Notes under the pieces: model-generated
What the model was told of the DNA's origin: nothing
Database searches by the model: none
Seen by the model: only the letters and a program-made list of their open reading frames with translations
Position numbers and translations under genes: made by a program
NCBI GenBank assembly: GCA_019828565.1
Contig: JAHDYR010000005.1
Coordinates: forward strand, 905,342-969,341
Source of the DNA: Carpediemonas membranifera BICM
Lineage: Eukaryota > Protista > Fornicata
Direction: 5' to 3'
Length of the DNA: 64,000 nt
Part shown: piece by piece, positions 32,192-42,574 of the stretch
Numbering within the stretch: position 1 is the first letter of the stretch
Layout of the letters: the number at the start of each line of letters is the position of its first letter

Positions 32192-32674
32192 ATGTTTTAT
32201 GTTCACCGAGAGGCGGTGGTGCTTGGAATCAATGCTGGCTTTCGTGCTTTCAGTCGTCGGTCTGCACGAAAAGATGCGTCGTCTGTCCGTCTGTGTCGAA
32301 CGCTGCTGTCTTCTTTCGCGTCTGTGCTCGTCTGTTACTCTCTTCCTGGCATCATGCTCCGGCACAACGTCGTCGTGATTGTCACGATGGTCTCCGAATT
32401 CCGCACTTCCATCGTGTGCCCATACTGCAAAGCACACTTCAGACGTGTGATGCACACACACCGCACCATGCTCTGCCGGAATCCCGCGTGCGAGGGAGCT
32501 CCATGGCGCGTTGAACGGCGACGTCGGCATCCCGAGCAGAGAGACATACTTCTCAATCTCTCTCACCGAGATAAGAGCGCCAGCGAGAACATCCTTTGGT
32601 GCACCTTCGATGCAACTTCAGATCAGATAGAGATCAACAATCTCCTTTCCACTATCATTAACTTGCTAAGTTGA
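32192..32674 (+). pseudogene. C-terminal fragment of a Fanzor/TnpB-like nuclease
   Basis: Same 160-aa translation as 1868-2350; E, CxxC..CxxxxC and RD..A..NI motifs, no DPG. Confidence 0.8.
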
Positions 32675-32803
32675 GCAAGCACGCGCTGCAGCGCGCGTGA
32701 TATGCAGCGCACGATTGATAGAGTATGATGAACCACACTGCGATCCTGATGCTGCTCGGATCACTGTGTTTTGGACTCAACAATTCTTATCCTGCGTGGC
32801 ACA
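32660..32803 (+). ncRNA. Putative omega-RNA-like structured 3' module of copy B (mirrored in copy A at 1739-1882)
   Basis: Hairpin CTTGCT/AGCAAG, palindrome CGCGCTGCAGCGCG, long stem GTG-TATGCAG/CTGCGTG-CAC, ATTG/CAAT, GAGT/ACTC, GATCC/GGATC; position 3' of a Fanzor-like ORF. Confidence 0.5.
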
Positions 32804-32890
32804 GCAGCGAACGAAACAGACCGAGAAATGGACGGAATTGTGAGTTTTCCCGATTTTTATATGACATAGCCCCCGGAAGCAGCACAGAAG

Positions 32891-33320
32891 ATGGCCGAGA
32901 ACGCCGAGAAGCAAGCGTTTGTTCAATTCCGCCCTTTCGTTACCTAGCATGGAAGCAGAGCAGCGCCGCAGCATGCTTGCCGCGATTCTGACTCCCGAGG
33001 CTCGTAACCGCCTCGGCAACATCACCGCCGTGAACCCCGAGAAGGCTGAGAAGATCGAGAAGGTCCTCGTGCAGGCCGCACAGGCGGGGAAGATCAGGAA
33101 CCGCATTGACGAGGATCAACTCAAGTCTATGCTCAACGACCTTACCTCTGGCGATGGTGTGGCGACTAGCGAGGTCATTTTCCACCAGAAGACGAAGGCG
33201 GACATGATCTCGAGCAAGCAGGCCGAGAGCGACTCGGAGAGCGACACTGATTCGGACTCTGACTCCGACGACCCAGATTTCGGCACGCGGACGAAGATCA
33301 CCATCCGCATGGGCCACTAA
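32891..33320 (+). CDS. PDCD5: Programmed cell death protein 5 homolog; intron 32917-32947
   Basis: RRSMLAAILTPEARNRLGNI..VNPEKA..IE; 31-bp intron gives MAENAEKQA|MEAEQ. Confidence 0.9.
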
Positions 33321-33356
33321 ATCCATTTTCATCTTAATCTGCGGTGTTTATGCTGG

Positions 33357-33711
33357 TTAGTTCTCGGAAGCGTGGAAGCGCTCAAACTTGGTCATCATGA
33401 TGTCCCCAGCGAATGGCTTGTACACGATGATCTCGTGGGGCAAGGTGCCGTCCTCGGTTGCGAAGTGGGCGATAAGACGGAAGTTGATGCCGTTCACCAC
33501 CTGAGTGTATGCTGCGTGAGGGAGTGAGAGTGGACATACCTTCGATTAACCGGACGAACTGCTCGGGGCGGTTCTGCTCCTTGATCTGGTCGACGGCGAA
33601 GGAAAGAGCCTCCTGAACTTCGGGATCGCTCTGATCCGCACGGACGAAGCCGCCAGTGATCATTGCCGCTGCGAAGACAGCGAGTGCTAGAAGAATAAGT
33701 GCTTTGCGCAT
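33357..33711 (-). CDS. Secreted cystatin (cysteine protease inhibitor); intron 33512-33539
   Basis: Signal peptide, N-terminal GG, QVVNG motif restored by a 28-bp intron, VYKPF. Confidence 0.88.
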
Positions 33712-34020
33712 GATTAAGGATTTGTGGTTGTCAGAGTTTCAAAGCTGCGAATCAATGGGTTCGCAGGCGATGCATCTGCGAGAAACCAGGCCGCGTACAG
33801 CCCGGTCGTGCCTGCTGTAGTGACTCGTGTTACTGAGTGGTGTTGCCATCATGATGGCATGTGGTTGACGATCGGAAGGATGGCCGAATCAATGGGCGAG
33901 GCGGGGCTGGTAGCTAGTAGTTTTAGTCTGACCTATAAAATGGCGGCCATGTCCCATCATCCGCGCCAGCCACCATTCTTGTGGCAAGCCGCAGCTTATG
34001 CAAGTTGAACGCCGCTCGCA

Positions 34021-34410
34021 ATGCAATATCAGAATACGCAGCAACAGTATCAGATGCGTGGATACTCCCAGCAGTATATGAGCCAGCAATACGCCCATGG
34101 TCATTTGGAGCCCTTCCAGTACTTCAAGACTCAGGGACGCACCGATGATGAGAGACTCGACGACGACATCCTCCGTGAGCTTATGGTCGCTTGTGGAGAG
34201 GACTTACCACAAGATACGACGAAGCACGCTGTCGGTGTGGCGCTACACGACTTTGTGGTGGAGAAGACACGACAAGCTCAGGCTATGGCGACGCTGGCGG
34301 GCAACTCCACCATTTCCGCCGAGGACCTGTTCACCACTGTCGGGGACGAGCCCGTGTACGTCGAGCCCGCGCGGTTCATTCTGTCCTGCCGCACGAAGCA
34401 GGCCAGGTAG
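34021..34410 (+). CDS. TAF13: TFIID subunit TAF13/SPT3-type histone-fold protein
   Basis: LRELMVACGE...DFVVE...ISAEDLF. Confidence 0.65.
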   Translation: MQYQNTQQQYQMRGYSQQYMSQQYAHGHLEPFQYFKTQGRTDDERLDDDILRELMVACGEDLPQDTTKHAVGVALHDFVVEKTRQAQAMATLAGNSTISAEDLFTTVGDEPVYVEPARFILSCRTKQAR

Positions 34411-34685
34411 GTGGGGTGATACTGTCATACTGTGGGTGACTGGAAGTAGCGACGACCATGCTGGGATATGTACGTTGTGCACGAGTGTTTTGACAAGACT
34501 AAATTGCGTCTCTCTTCTTCTTCTTTGAACCGAGCCATCCAAGGCCAGACCGACCTTACCTTGCCGCTAAATCCTCCCTATACGGCTATGCTACTGTTTC
34601 GAGCCCTCGTCTGTCCTCTACCGCACCCTTACCCGCTGACCGCAGCTTAGCCAAGTAACTGTGCTTGCCTGTCGGGCACAACGAA

Positions 34686-37600
34686 ATGTTCACTCAGAGG
34701 CTCTCTAAGATCAATCTACTGTATGTGCAGATCAATATTAGCTGGTTTTCCCAATTTCTCAACACGCTGCTCTTCGTGGTGACTCTTTTCACCCTTGTCC
34801 CCTTTATCTCGACAACGACGAGGGAAATACCCCTTTTGAACATAGCAGGCAAATCTTCATTCTGCTTTACATATCCAGACATTGTATTACCCTGGTTTGG
34901 TCCTCCAATCATCCTGCTCGGCATCCTACTGTTCCTGCTGGCGATAGAAATCGTCACCACCACATTCACACACGCCCAGAAGATCTCCTCGCTCACAATA
35001 GCAGTGATGGCCGTGCTAGAGGCCTTCCTGATCTTCGGCCACGTCCACCTCCTTGCGGTTGTGCTCCCCTGGATCACCGTCACCTTCGACGACGGCCTGA
35101 GGCTCCTCGCCGACCCAGCCACCACCATCAGCGACACGCGTACCGTAGTGGCCGCGACATGCGCCCTGATCGTAGCCCTCGCTGTCCCCGTCGCCGCCGT
35201 GCTCGGGGCGGTGACCCAGACCCGCTGGCCCTTCGAGGCGGCCGCATGGGCGCAGTTCCCGGGTTCTGTCGCCATGCTCGTCCCCCTGGGCCTCATCCTC
35301 GTCCGCACCGTCCACTCGGTCTTCGGCTGGGCTCCCGTGGTGCACCACGCCGTGGGCGCCGTCGTGTTCCTGCTGCTCGGGTTCCTCATCGCTCAGAGAC
35401 AGCCGTTCTACAACGTCCGCTTCAACCACGGCATGGCGGGCGTCTTCATGGTTGCTGGGGCCTTCAGTGGCATCGCTTTGGTCCACGAGATCATGGTCTT
35501 CACGCCGCCCTTCGCTGCAGCTGTCTCCATGTACGTCCTAGTAGGCGCAGTGGCCGCTGTCACGGGCCATTCTATGTCATACTTAGCACACCGCCGGATT
35601 ATACTGCGGGCATACCGACTGATCGACCACAAACGCCGGGACCAGCCGTTCATCTTCCCCGTAGTCACTCGAGTCAGGATGGGTCGGGCAGTGACCGTGG
35701 ATGCCCTCGAGACGCTCCACCCCAGCCTGTTTACCCTGCCAGCCCCCGCGACGAGGCTCCTGCTCGCCCTGGAGGATGCTGCCCGGCGGCCCGCCCGATT
35801 TGTGTCCGTCCTTGCCGCCCGGCTGAAGGCGCCGCTGCAGACTGCCCCTCTGAACCTCCGAGTTACCTCCCGGTCCGAGCTGGACCAGAACGAGCTGATC
35901 ACGGCGGTCTGCTGGTTCATCCAACATGCCAACGTGCCCTCGTCGTTCCTTGTGCCGACGTCGGAGGCCGGCAGGAGGGCGGATAAGTGCATCCAGCAGA
36001 CGAAGGGCAGCGAGTACGACGTTGTATCGGAGCTGCTCAACATCTACACGGCGTACAGGCCGGGAGCGTACTTCCCGAGGCTGCTGACGCTAATCTGCGG
36101 GATCACTCTCAAATCCATGTGTATCACAGTATCAGATCTTAAGACACTGTTCCAGACAATAGATTCATCTAGATCGGTCATGGCCATGCCGTATCGCGTG
36201 CTCTATCTGACGCTCCAGGATATGATGAAGTCCGTATCCCGGGAATCTGAGGACGATGTGGGACCAAACGGGACCGAGCTTGTCACTTCCACCATCGAGG
36301 CGATTAAGGCCTTTGAAGAGGCCCGCACCGACGTGCTGGCCATGGCCGCCGTGTCATACGCACACCGGGACCACCACGAGCTCACATTTAGGAACATTGC
36401 GAACCGGGCGACGGCGTTAGGTCAGCTTTATAAGAGGGCAGAGAAGCTTTACAAGATCCTACAACCCACGCTGATCGACAATCAGACGCAGCTCGAGGAG
36501 TGCGCGCGGTTCATCCAGCAGCAGCAGATGGTGCGGCGGTCTCAGGTGGTGGCCGCGTGGAACACCATCTCGAGCCTGGTGTCCGTCTCGTCGGCCGGGA
36601 TCAAGCACCCGGGGCTGTCGGCCAGACTCGCCAGCCTTCGTAGGCGGGGGCAGCATCTCGCCGTGGGTGTCGGTACGGCCGTATGCTTCGCCCTCGTCGT
36701 CCTCGTCACTGCGATATGCATCAGGAGCATCCACGAGGTCACGGGCGCCGTCATTGAGGCGTGCGACATCGTCCAGCTGGCGACCGAGCTATCTGTCGGC
36801 TCCCAGAACTTCCTCCTGACCTCCCTGGGCCTCCTCCCCTCTACCTCGGCCACCGAACAGCAGGACTTCCTCGTACAGGGTGCTGCTGACCTCCTGGCCC
36901 TCTATGACTCACATGTCGGGTCAGTATTCTCGACGAACACGCTCTTCACGCACCTTAAGGCGTTCGAGTCGAGCTACAGCCCCTCGTCGGAGCGTACGTA
37001 CGCCAACGAGCTGTTTGCCCTAGTTACTGCCCTCGACGTTCAGCTTGACTACACCGACGAGAGCACGAACGCCGCGTACTACACCGCCGTCCTCGAGGGC
37101 ATCAGCCAGCAGCCGTCGCTTCCCGACAACGGCCTCCTCCGGGCGGCGTTCGACGACTTCAACAGCATGAAACGGGCGGTCGTCTACGTGTGCGCGGCGA
37201 CGGCGACGCTCATCTTCATGGGAGCGATCACGATCATCGTCCCCCTCCGCTCGCTCTACTTCATCGTCGACCGCCGCAACGTGCTGCTTTCATTCATCGC
37301 ATCGGTCCCTAAGAAGGCCTTCTTCCCCGAGTCACCCCACATGGGCCGCCAGATGTTTATCAGCCAGCAGAAGGTGGGGTCGGGGCTACCCGAGCCAGTC
37401 GGGGCCGCCCACCCTATTTTAGAGACGATAGAGCAGAAAATCAGGGGCATCAACAGCGCCCTGTTCCGCCTCATCTTCGGCGTGAACCGCTCTGTTGTCG
37501 TCCTGAGCATCCCGCTGGCCATCGCAGTGATCCCAACCGTCCTCCACTTCTATCAAATGATCACAGTGATCGATAACAACCACACTGTGACCATGGCCCA

Positions 37601-40187
37601 CAGCGTCGTCATGAACCTCCAAGCCCTTGCCGCGGACCATGTTTCGTCGATCGCACTGACGGCTCAGGCGATGGACGCCGATGACAACCTCGACCAGCTG
37701 TTCCTGAGGGCCGTGGTCGACGCCGTGACGCCCATACGGTCACTCAAGACGGGGGTCGGCGCGGACGCTCCTCAGCTGTCTGAGATCGTTGTGGGTCAGC
37801 GCCACCTCGCGCAGATCGCGGCCTGTCTGGGGTTGATGAACTACGACAACACGACGATCCCCGCGATATGCCCCGACTACCGCAGCTCGGATGACATGAT
37901 CGGAGACCACCCCGTGCTCGTCCGCTCTATCGGCTACTCCGACGTCGAGACGGACTTCGCCCTCACCAACGACGACAGGAAGCTTGTCATCCGCAGTATA
38001 CTGTTCAGAATGCTCGCGCGGGTCCGTGAGACCGGCTGGATCGAGATGATGCACTCTGCTTGGCAGGGCACGGTCGGGGCCGTCGCGGTCATCGAGTACC
38101 GGCCCGTCAGAGGAGTCAACATCGTTCTCGGAATCATCGCATCGGTGTCGGCCCTCGCCAGCTGGGTCTACCTCTTCGTGTACCGCCTGTACCGCAAACC
38201 TGTGTGGCTCACCGACCGCGTGGCGTACAACATCGTCGTCCTCCACTTCGCCCTAATCATTGCCATGGGGTCCCTCGTCGTCGGCTTCAGCGCTAAGGCC
38301 CCCAGCGCCGTGGAGTTCACGACGTACCTCGAGGCCACCCGCGGCCGATTCGACGTCGTCGCATCGCTCTGGGACGGGTTCTCCAGGTCGGACTTGTTCC
38401 TGCAGAAGGCCACCGTCAAGACGGCGTCGTCCTTGTCCGCTTGGCTCAGCGACATAGAGCCCGTCGAGCTATTCCAGGCGCCCCTCGTCGACGACTACTA
38501 CGCCGCCTGGATCCAGGGATACGCCACGACCGCCCAGTCTGACATGGCCACTGCCATCCTTGCTCTGGGCGATGACGCCGTGACTATGGCGGCCCTGGTG
38601 ATCGCCCACCACACAAGGGTCACGGCCGCTCTCACGGCGTCCATCGCTGGCGACGTCTGCGGCCACAGCACGTTCGCGGACCTGTGCGCGTACCCGTGGG
38701 ACGTCTCGGCCGAGGCGGGTATCACTGAGCAGAGCTACCTCCGCTGCGAGACCATGGAGTCCTGCCCCGAGACGATCATCAGCACCGCGGCCGAGGACAT
38801 GGCGCTGGACGAGGCGGGGAAGGTGGAGATCATCGCCATGATCACCCAGAGCTCCGTCGGTACGCTCCTCGACCTGATGCGCATGGGCGATGACCAGATG
38901 GACCCCCCGAACCTGCTGCAGACGTGGATGTTCGGCCTGAAGTTCCCCCACTCGGTCGTCGTATACGTGTCAGTCGTGCTGGCCATGCTGGTCTGCATCA
39001 GCTTCAGCCTGGTGCAAGCCAGCCACCATCTGTCGAAGATACACAACAGGGTGAAGGTACGATTCAACAGATACTGCACCGAGGTCAAGTCGACCGGGGT
39101 GCACCAGCCCGCGACACACGTGGGCAACCGCCCGCAGCGTCTGAGCCAATCGATCACCGTATCGCATGAGCAGCTCCCGCCCCTGGCCAATACCACTATC
39201 GTCGTCGTCCAAAAGGTCCGGACAGCGCTCATCGTGGGATTCATCGCCTCCGCCTTCCTGATGGCCACCCCCGTCGTCGCGGCGCTGCTGTACATGTTAC
39301 ACGCCTCGTTGTACCTCCACCACCGCATCCCGTTGGAGGCTGTGCTGTCCAACACCAACGCAGCGACCCTGTCGGCCCTGAAGCATCTGATGCTCACCCC
39401 GACGACTGTGAGCCACAGCGTGCAGGGCAAGCTACTGCTGTCGTCTGTGGAGGCCCTGCTGTTCTCGACCTACGTCAACAGCGACACGCCCTCCTACGCA
39501 GACCTGTACTCGGCCAACCTCTACCTGCTGACTGACTACGCGTCGGTGCTCCGGACGATGGAGCTGTGCGAGCCCCTGACACGTGTCATCAACCCGCCCG
39601 TGGCCAACACCGGGCTCTCGCTCATTGACACCGCACGCCAGGACATCGCGATGCTCGCAAAGAAGATCCTCGAACACGAAATGGTTGCCGAGCTCTTCGA
39701 GATCAGACGAACCCACACCATCCGAGACGACGTGCTCACCGCGTCCTTCCTCGACATCGAGCCCGGCGCGGTGGTCAGCGCAAGCTGGGTCTTCGGACAG
39801 TGGGCCTCCAGCTTGGACCACAGCCTGACCATCCCTGGGCCGCTGGCTGTGACTGAGATGCCAGAGACGAAGATCCTTGAGACAGTCGCCATGCTCAGCC
39901 AGATCCACAGCTACATCGACGGCCAACGCTCACTCATCTCCATCAGCATCATCCAAGACAACTACGGCAAAGTCTTTGTCGGCATCGTCGTCGTCGTCGG
40001 GGTGGCCCTCGTCGCCGTCATGGGCGGTCTGTTCGCGGCGATGCTGCTCGTAGAGGAGATCGACACCACATCGTACCTCCTCCTCGGCATCATGCCGCCC
40101 TCAGTGTTTGTAGCACTTTTAGACATCCGGGACTCATCGTCCGGCACAATCGTCGAGTCACCGACAGAGACGGCAACTGACTGGTAA
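34686..40187 (+). CDS. Very large multi-pass membrane protein (possibly TmcB-like); 5' exons uncertain
   Basis: 1830+ aa ORF; N-terminal TM bundle with QPFYNVRFN, then repeated TM-pair/extracellular units. Confidence 0.7.
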   Translation: MFTQRLSKINLLYVQINISWFSQFLNTLLFVVTLFTLVPFISTTTREIPLLNIAGKSSFCFTYPDIVLPWFGPPIILLGILLFLLAIEIVTTTFTHAQKISSLTIAVMAVLEAFLIFGHVHLLAVVLPWITVTFDDGLRLLADPATTISDTRTVVAATCALIVALAVPVAAVLGAVTQTRWPFEAAAWAQFPGSVAMLVPLGLILVRTVHSVFGWAPVVHHAVGAVVFLLLGFLIAQRQPFYNVRFNHGMAGVFMVAGAFSGIALVHEIMVFTPPFAAAVSMYVLVGAVAAVTGHSMSYLAHRRIILRAYRLIDHKRRDQPFIFPVVTRVRMGRAVTVDALETLHPSLFTLPAPATRLLLALEDAARRPARFVSVLAARLKAPLQTAPLNLRVTSRSELDQNELITAVCWFIQHANVPSSFLVPTSEAGRRADKCIQQTKGSEYDVVSELLNIYTAYRPGAYFPRLLTLICGITLKSMCITVSDLKTLFQTIDSSRSVMAMPYRVLYLTLQDMMKSVSRESEDDVGPNGTELVTSTIEAIKAFEEARTDVLAMAAVSYAHRDHHELTFRNIANRATALGQLYKRAEKLYKILQPTLIDNQTQLEECARFIQQQQMVRRSQVVAAWNTISSLVSVSSAGIKHPGLSARLASLRRRGQHLAVGVGTAVCFALVVLVTAICIRSIHEVTGAVIEACDIVQLATELSVGSQNFLLTSLGLLPSTSATEQQDFLVQGAADLLALYDSHVGSVFSTNTLFTHLKAFESSYSPSSERTYANELFALVTALDVQLDYTDESTNAAYYTAVLEGISQQPSLPDNGLLRAAFDDFNSMKRAVVYVCAATATLIFMGAITIIVPLRSLYFIVDRRNVLLSFIASVPKKAFFPESPHMGRQMFISQQKVGSGLPEPVGAAHPILETIEQKIRGINSALFRLIFGVNRSVVVLSIPLAIAVIPTVLHFYQMITVIDNNHTVTMAHSVVMNLQALAADHVSSIALTAQAMDADDNLDQLFLRAVVDAVTPIRSLKTGVGADAPQLSEIVVGQRHLAQIAACLGLMNYDNTTIPAICPDYRSSDDMIGDHPVLVRSIGYSDVETDFALTNDDRKLVIRSILFRMLARVRETGWIEMMHSAWQGTVGAVAVIEYRPVRGVNIVLGIIASVSALASWVYLFVYRLYRKPVWLTDRVAYNIVVLHFALIIAMGSLVVGFSAKAPSAVEFTTYLEATRGRFDVVASLWDGFSRSDLFLQKATVKTASSLSAWLSDIEPVELFQAPLVDDYYAAWIQGYATTAQSDMATAILALGDDAVTMAALVIAHHTRVTAALTASIAGDVCGHSTFADLCAYPWDVSAEAGITEQSYLRCETMESCPETIISTAAEDMALDEAGKVEIIAMITQSSVGTLLDLMRMGDDQMDPPNLLQTWMFGLKFPHSVVVYVSVVLAMLVCISFSLVQASHHLSKIHNRVKVRFNRYCTEVKSTGVHQPATHVGNRPQRLSQSITVSHEQLPPLANTTIVVVQKVRTALIVGFIASAFLMATPVVAALLYMLHASLYLHHRIPLEAVLSNTNAATLSALKHLMLTPTTVSHSVQGKLLLSSVEALLFSTYVNSDTPSYADLYSANLYLLTDYASVLRTMELCEPLTRVINPPVANTGLSLIDTARQDIAMLAKKILEHEMVAELFEIRRTHTIRDDVLTASFLDIEPGAVVSASWVFGQWASSLDHSLTIPGPLAVTEMPETKILETVAMLSQIHSYIDGQRSLISISIIQDNYGKVFVGIVVVVGVALVAVMGGLFAAMLLVEEIDTTSYLLLGIMPPSVFVALLDIRDSSSGTIVESPTETATDW

Positions 40188-40210
40188 AGACCGCTACTGC
40201 GGGTTTATTG

Positions 40211-41242
40211 TTACAGAAGAAGGTGTCTCAATTGGCGGACGCTGTCGCTCCCCAGCCGGGGCACGGCGCCCTGCATGAAGGCCACCCTCTTGGCTGCGGA
40301 CAGCAGGCGCCGTCCGACGGTCTCGGGCTGGCCCTCTGCCTGAGCCCTCAGCACGGCCTCTGCGGCACCCAGCGCCCGAGCCATCATGGCGACGTCGCTC
40401 ATCAGAAGCCTCGTCTCCGCGAGGACATCGAACTCGAGTGGAACCGCGTCCGCTGCCCATCTTTCGAGCACTGAACGCATTGTTTCGGGCGGCTGTGGGT
40501 CTGAGAGCGTCGTGGCGTGATTGCAGAGGAATGTGCCAGCCGTCCCGGTCTTGTCCGAGACCACTAGGCCGTTGAACGTCAATGCCGTCACAGCGTAGGC
40601 CCGGATCACGTCCACAGCCTGGAACACCACGCCGGGCTTGGCATGGACGGCAATGGTTGGGTCGACGACTGGTACGGCGGGCAGCGGGTCGGAGCCCTGG
40701 GTGTCCCCCATGTACTCGTCGACACTGCGCCACCACGGCACCCAGCGCGACACAGAGGCTGCGATGGGTGCGTCCGAGTCCTTCGTGTAGGCCTCCAGAA
40801 CGGCAGCGTCGACAGCTCTGCTGGGGATCACCTGCTCGGGCTCGGCCAGAGCCTCGAGGACGGATTCGGGGAGGAGAGGCGCCTTAGGTTGCCGCCAGTT
40901 GTCGCTGGCGGGTTGCTGTGAAGCAACCACCTCGTCAAGGCGTGTGGCCGCTGCCTCGGGGACCTGGCATACTCGTTTGTGGGAATGGTAGCACTTGAGA
41001 GAGCAGTACGAACTCCCACAGCGCGGGCAGCTGAAACGCGCGCCGGTATACTGGCATACAATACATTTTCTATCTATAACACTTGAAATACGCGATGAGG
41101 CCCCGGCTGTGTTGTAGAACGTGCGGCTAGCAGTGGCCACGGGCCGAGCCACAGTCCTGGGCTCATTTCTTGGTTCCGTCGTATTACTGGGCACATCGAT
41201 CGTCAATGAGCTCCTAGCAAGGGGCGAACTGAAGCCTGGCAT
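40211..41242 (-). CDS. Zinc finger HIT-domain protein (ZNHIT2-like)
   Basis: CIVC...FSCPRCGSSYCSLKCYHSH...C, WVPWW. Confidence 0.8.
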   Translation of the reverse strand: MPGFSSPLARSSLTIDVPSNTTEPRNEPRTVARPVATASRTFYNTAGASSRISSVIDRKCIVCQYTGARFSCPRCGSSYCSLKCYHSHKRVCQVPEAAATRLDEVVASQQPASDNWRQPKAPLLPESVLEALAEPEQVIPSRAVDAAVLEAYTKDSDAPIAASVSRWVPWWRSVDEYMGDTQGSDPLPAVPVVDPTIAVHAKPGVVFQAVDVIRAYAVTALTFNGLVVSDKTGTAGTFLCNHATTLSDPQPPETMRSVLERWAADAVPLEFDVLAETRLLMSDVAMMARALGAAEAVLRAQAEGQPETVGRRLLSAAKRVAFMQGAVPRLGSDSVRQLRHLLL

Positions 41243-41464
41243 GCTTCAATTTTTCCTGACATAAACTGCGGCTTCAGATCAGCGTGGACACAGCGCCTGG
41301 GGATGGCGGGCAGGGTGCAAGGGGGACGAGGGGTGCGTCGCAAGTTTTCATATCTGGTCGAAGACGGCTTTGATATCCCAACGTGTCAGCAGCAGAGAAA
41401 GGAGCAAACACAAATTTAGTGAGAAGAGTGAGGAGATATATACAGCTGCGACCCAGGCCGGGCA

Positions 41465-42574
41465 TCATTGTGGGCTGTCCGCGTGCCGAGGGAACTCCAC
41501 CAGCAGCCACCGCGGGGGGCTGAACCCGGGCATCGTGGGCGGCGGTGTCTGCACGCGGAGCTCCCCGAACTCCCTCGCACGGCCCCAGTCCTTGAGGTAG
41601 GCCAGGTCGCTGTCGTGCCCGAGGAACTGGACGCGGTCGCCCGCAGTCCGGATCTGTGTGTGGAGGGGAATGCCCAGCCGGGGCAGCGTCTCGAACCATG
41701 CGTCCGGGAGCTCGGCGACGGCCCTCCCGTGATACTGCAGCAGGTCAGTCTCTCGCAGCTGGATGTGCGAGAGGGCGGGGTAGGACTCGACCTCAGTCAG
41801 GAGGTGGGCCTGGGCCGTCGCGTGGGTGATCATGGAATCTGATACAAAGCGGCCCAGGAACAGAATCTGGGCCATTGGGGTCACAATGATCGATATGCGG
41901 TCGGAAAACAGATTCAGTGCTGATGATCTCGTTGACCGTCGACTGATCGACGGAACCCACACAGTGGGTGTGTAGGCTGACAGTGGTACTATGTGCCTGA
42001 TCATGGCGACCGGCAGAGGCTCCGCGATCCTCTGGGCCCAGGCGAGGGTCTGGGCGGTGAAGTTGGCGTTGGGCGATGCGGACTCCCGGGAACGGCGGAC
42101 GAAGGCGAGGGCGTCTGCGTAGGAGTAGTGGAAGCGCCATATGAGGTATGCACAGACGATTGTGGCGGACCGGGACACGCCTTTGACACAGTGCACGAGG
42201 ACGACCCCGCCGCCCCGGATCGCCTCCTCGATGAAGGAAATCGCCATAGGGAAGACAGATGAGATGCACTGGTGACTGTCATCGTTCAACGGGAGGTTGA
42301 GGGCCGCGAAGCCGGGAAGCGTGAAGCAATAGCTTGATGCACAGTTGAGGATATGCGTGCATCCGGCATCTAGAATCCTAGAAGCATCTTTTGCGACAAT
42401 TCCTGACGTGAGTAGCAGTTGTGGGATGATCATAGACAATTCTTTCTCGTGTTCTCGGGTTATTTCTTCTGCTGACTTTCTGAGAAGCATTCTGCTGTAG
42501 TCATCGCTTCTGGTGGCATTACAATGCTCTCGCACCTGGGACATATCTATGCTGATCCCAAACTGCTCCACCAT
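41465..42574 (-). CDS. Dual-specificity protein phosphatase
   Basis: THILNC, LNDD, VHCVKGVSRSATIVCAYL, SPNANF. Confidence 0.92.
   Translation of the reverse strand: MVEQFGISIDMSQVREHCNATRSDDYSRMLLRKSAEEITREHEKELSMIIPQLLLTSGIVAKDASRILDAGCTHILNCASSYCFTLPGFAALNLPLNDDSHQCISSVFPMAISFIEEAIRGGGVVLVHCVKGVSRSATIVCAYLIWRFHYSYADALAFVRRSRESASPNANFTAQTLAWAQRIAEPLPVAMIRHIVPLSAYTPTVWVPSISRRSTRSSALNLFSDRISIIVTPMAQILFLGRFVSDSMITHATAQAHLLTEVESYPALSHIQLRETDLLQYHGRAVAELPDAWFETLPRLGIPLHTQIRTAGDRVQFLGHDSDLAYLKDWGRAREFGELRVQTPPPTMPGFSPPRWLLVEFPRHADSPQ

Larger units (their letters stand above)
31958..32803 (+). mobile_element. Fanzor-fragment element copy B (longer SSRP1 3' capture)
   Basis: 31962-32235 matches SSRP1 60071-59796 (5-bp deletion, 3-bp insertion); 32091-32803 equals copy A; 7-bp duplication GCAGCGA at 31951-31957 and 32804-32810. 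Confidence 0.9.

Noticed and set aside
32722-32752. C/D box (ATGATGA...CTGA) or hammerhead core in the 3' module
   Set aside because: Boxes are not conserved in the other modules and there is no CTGANGA...GAAA core
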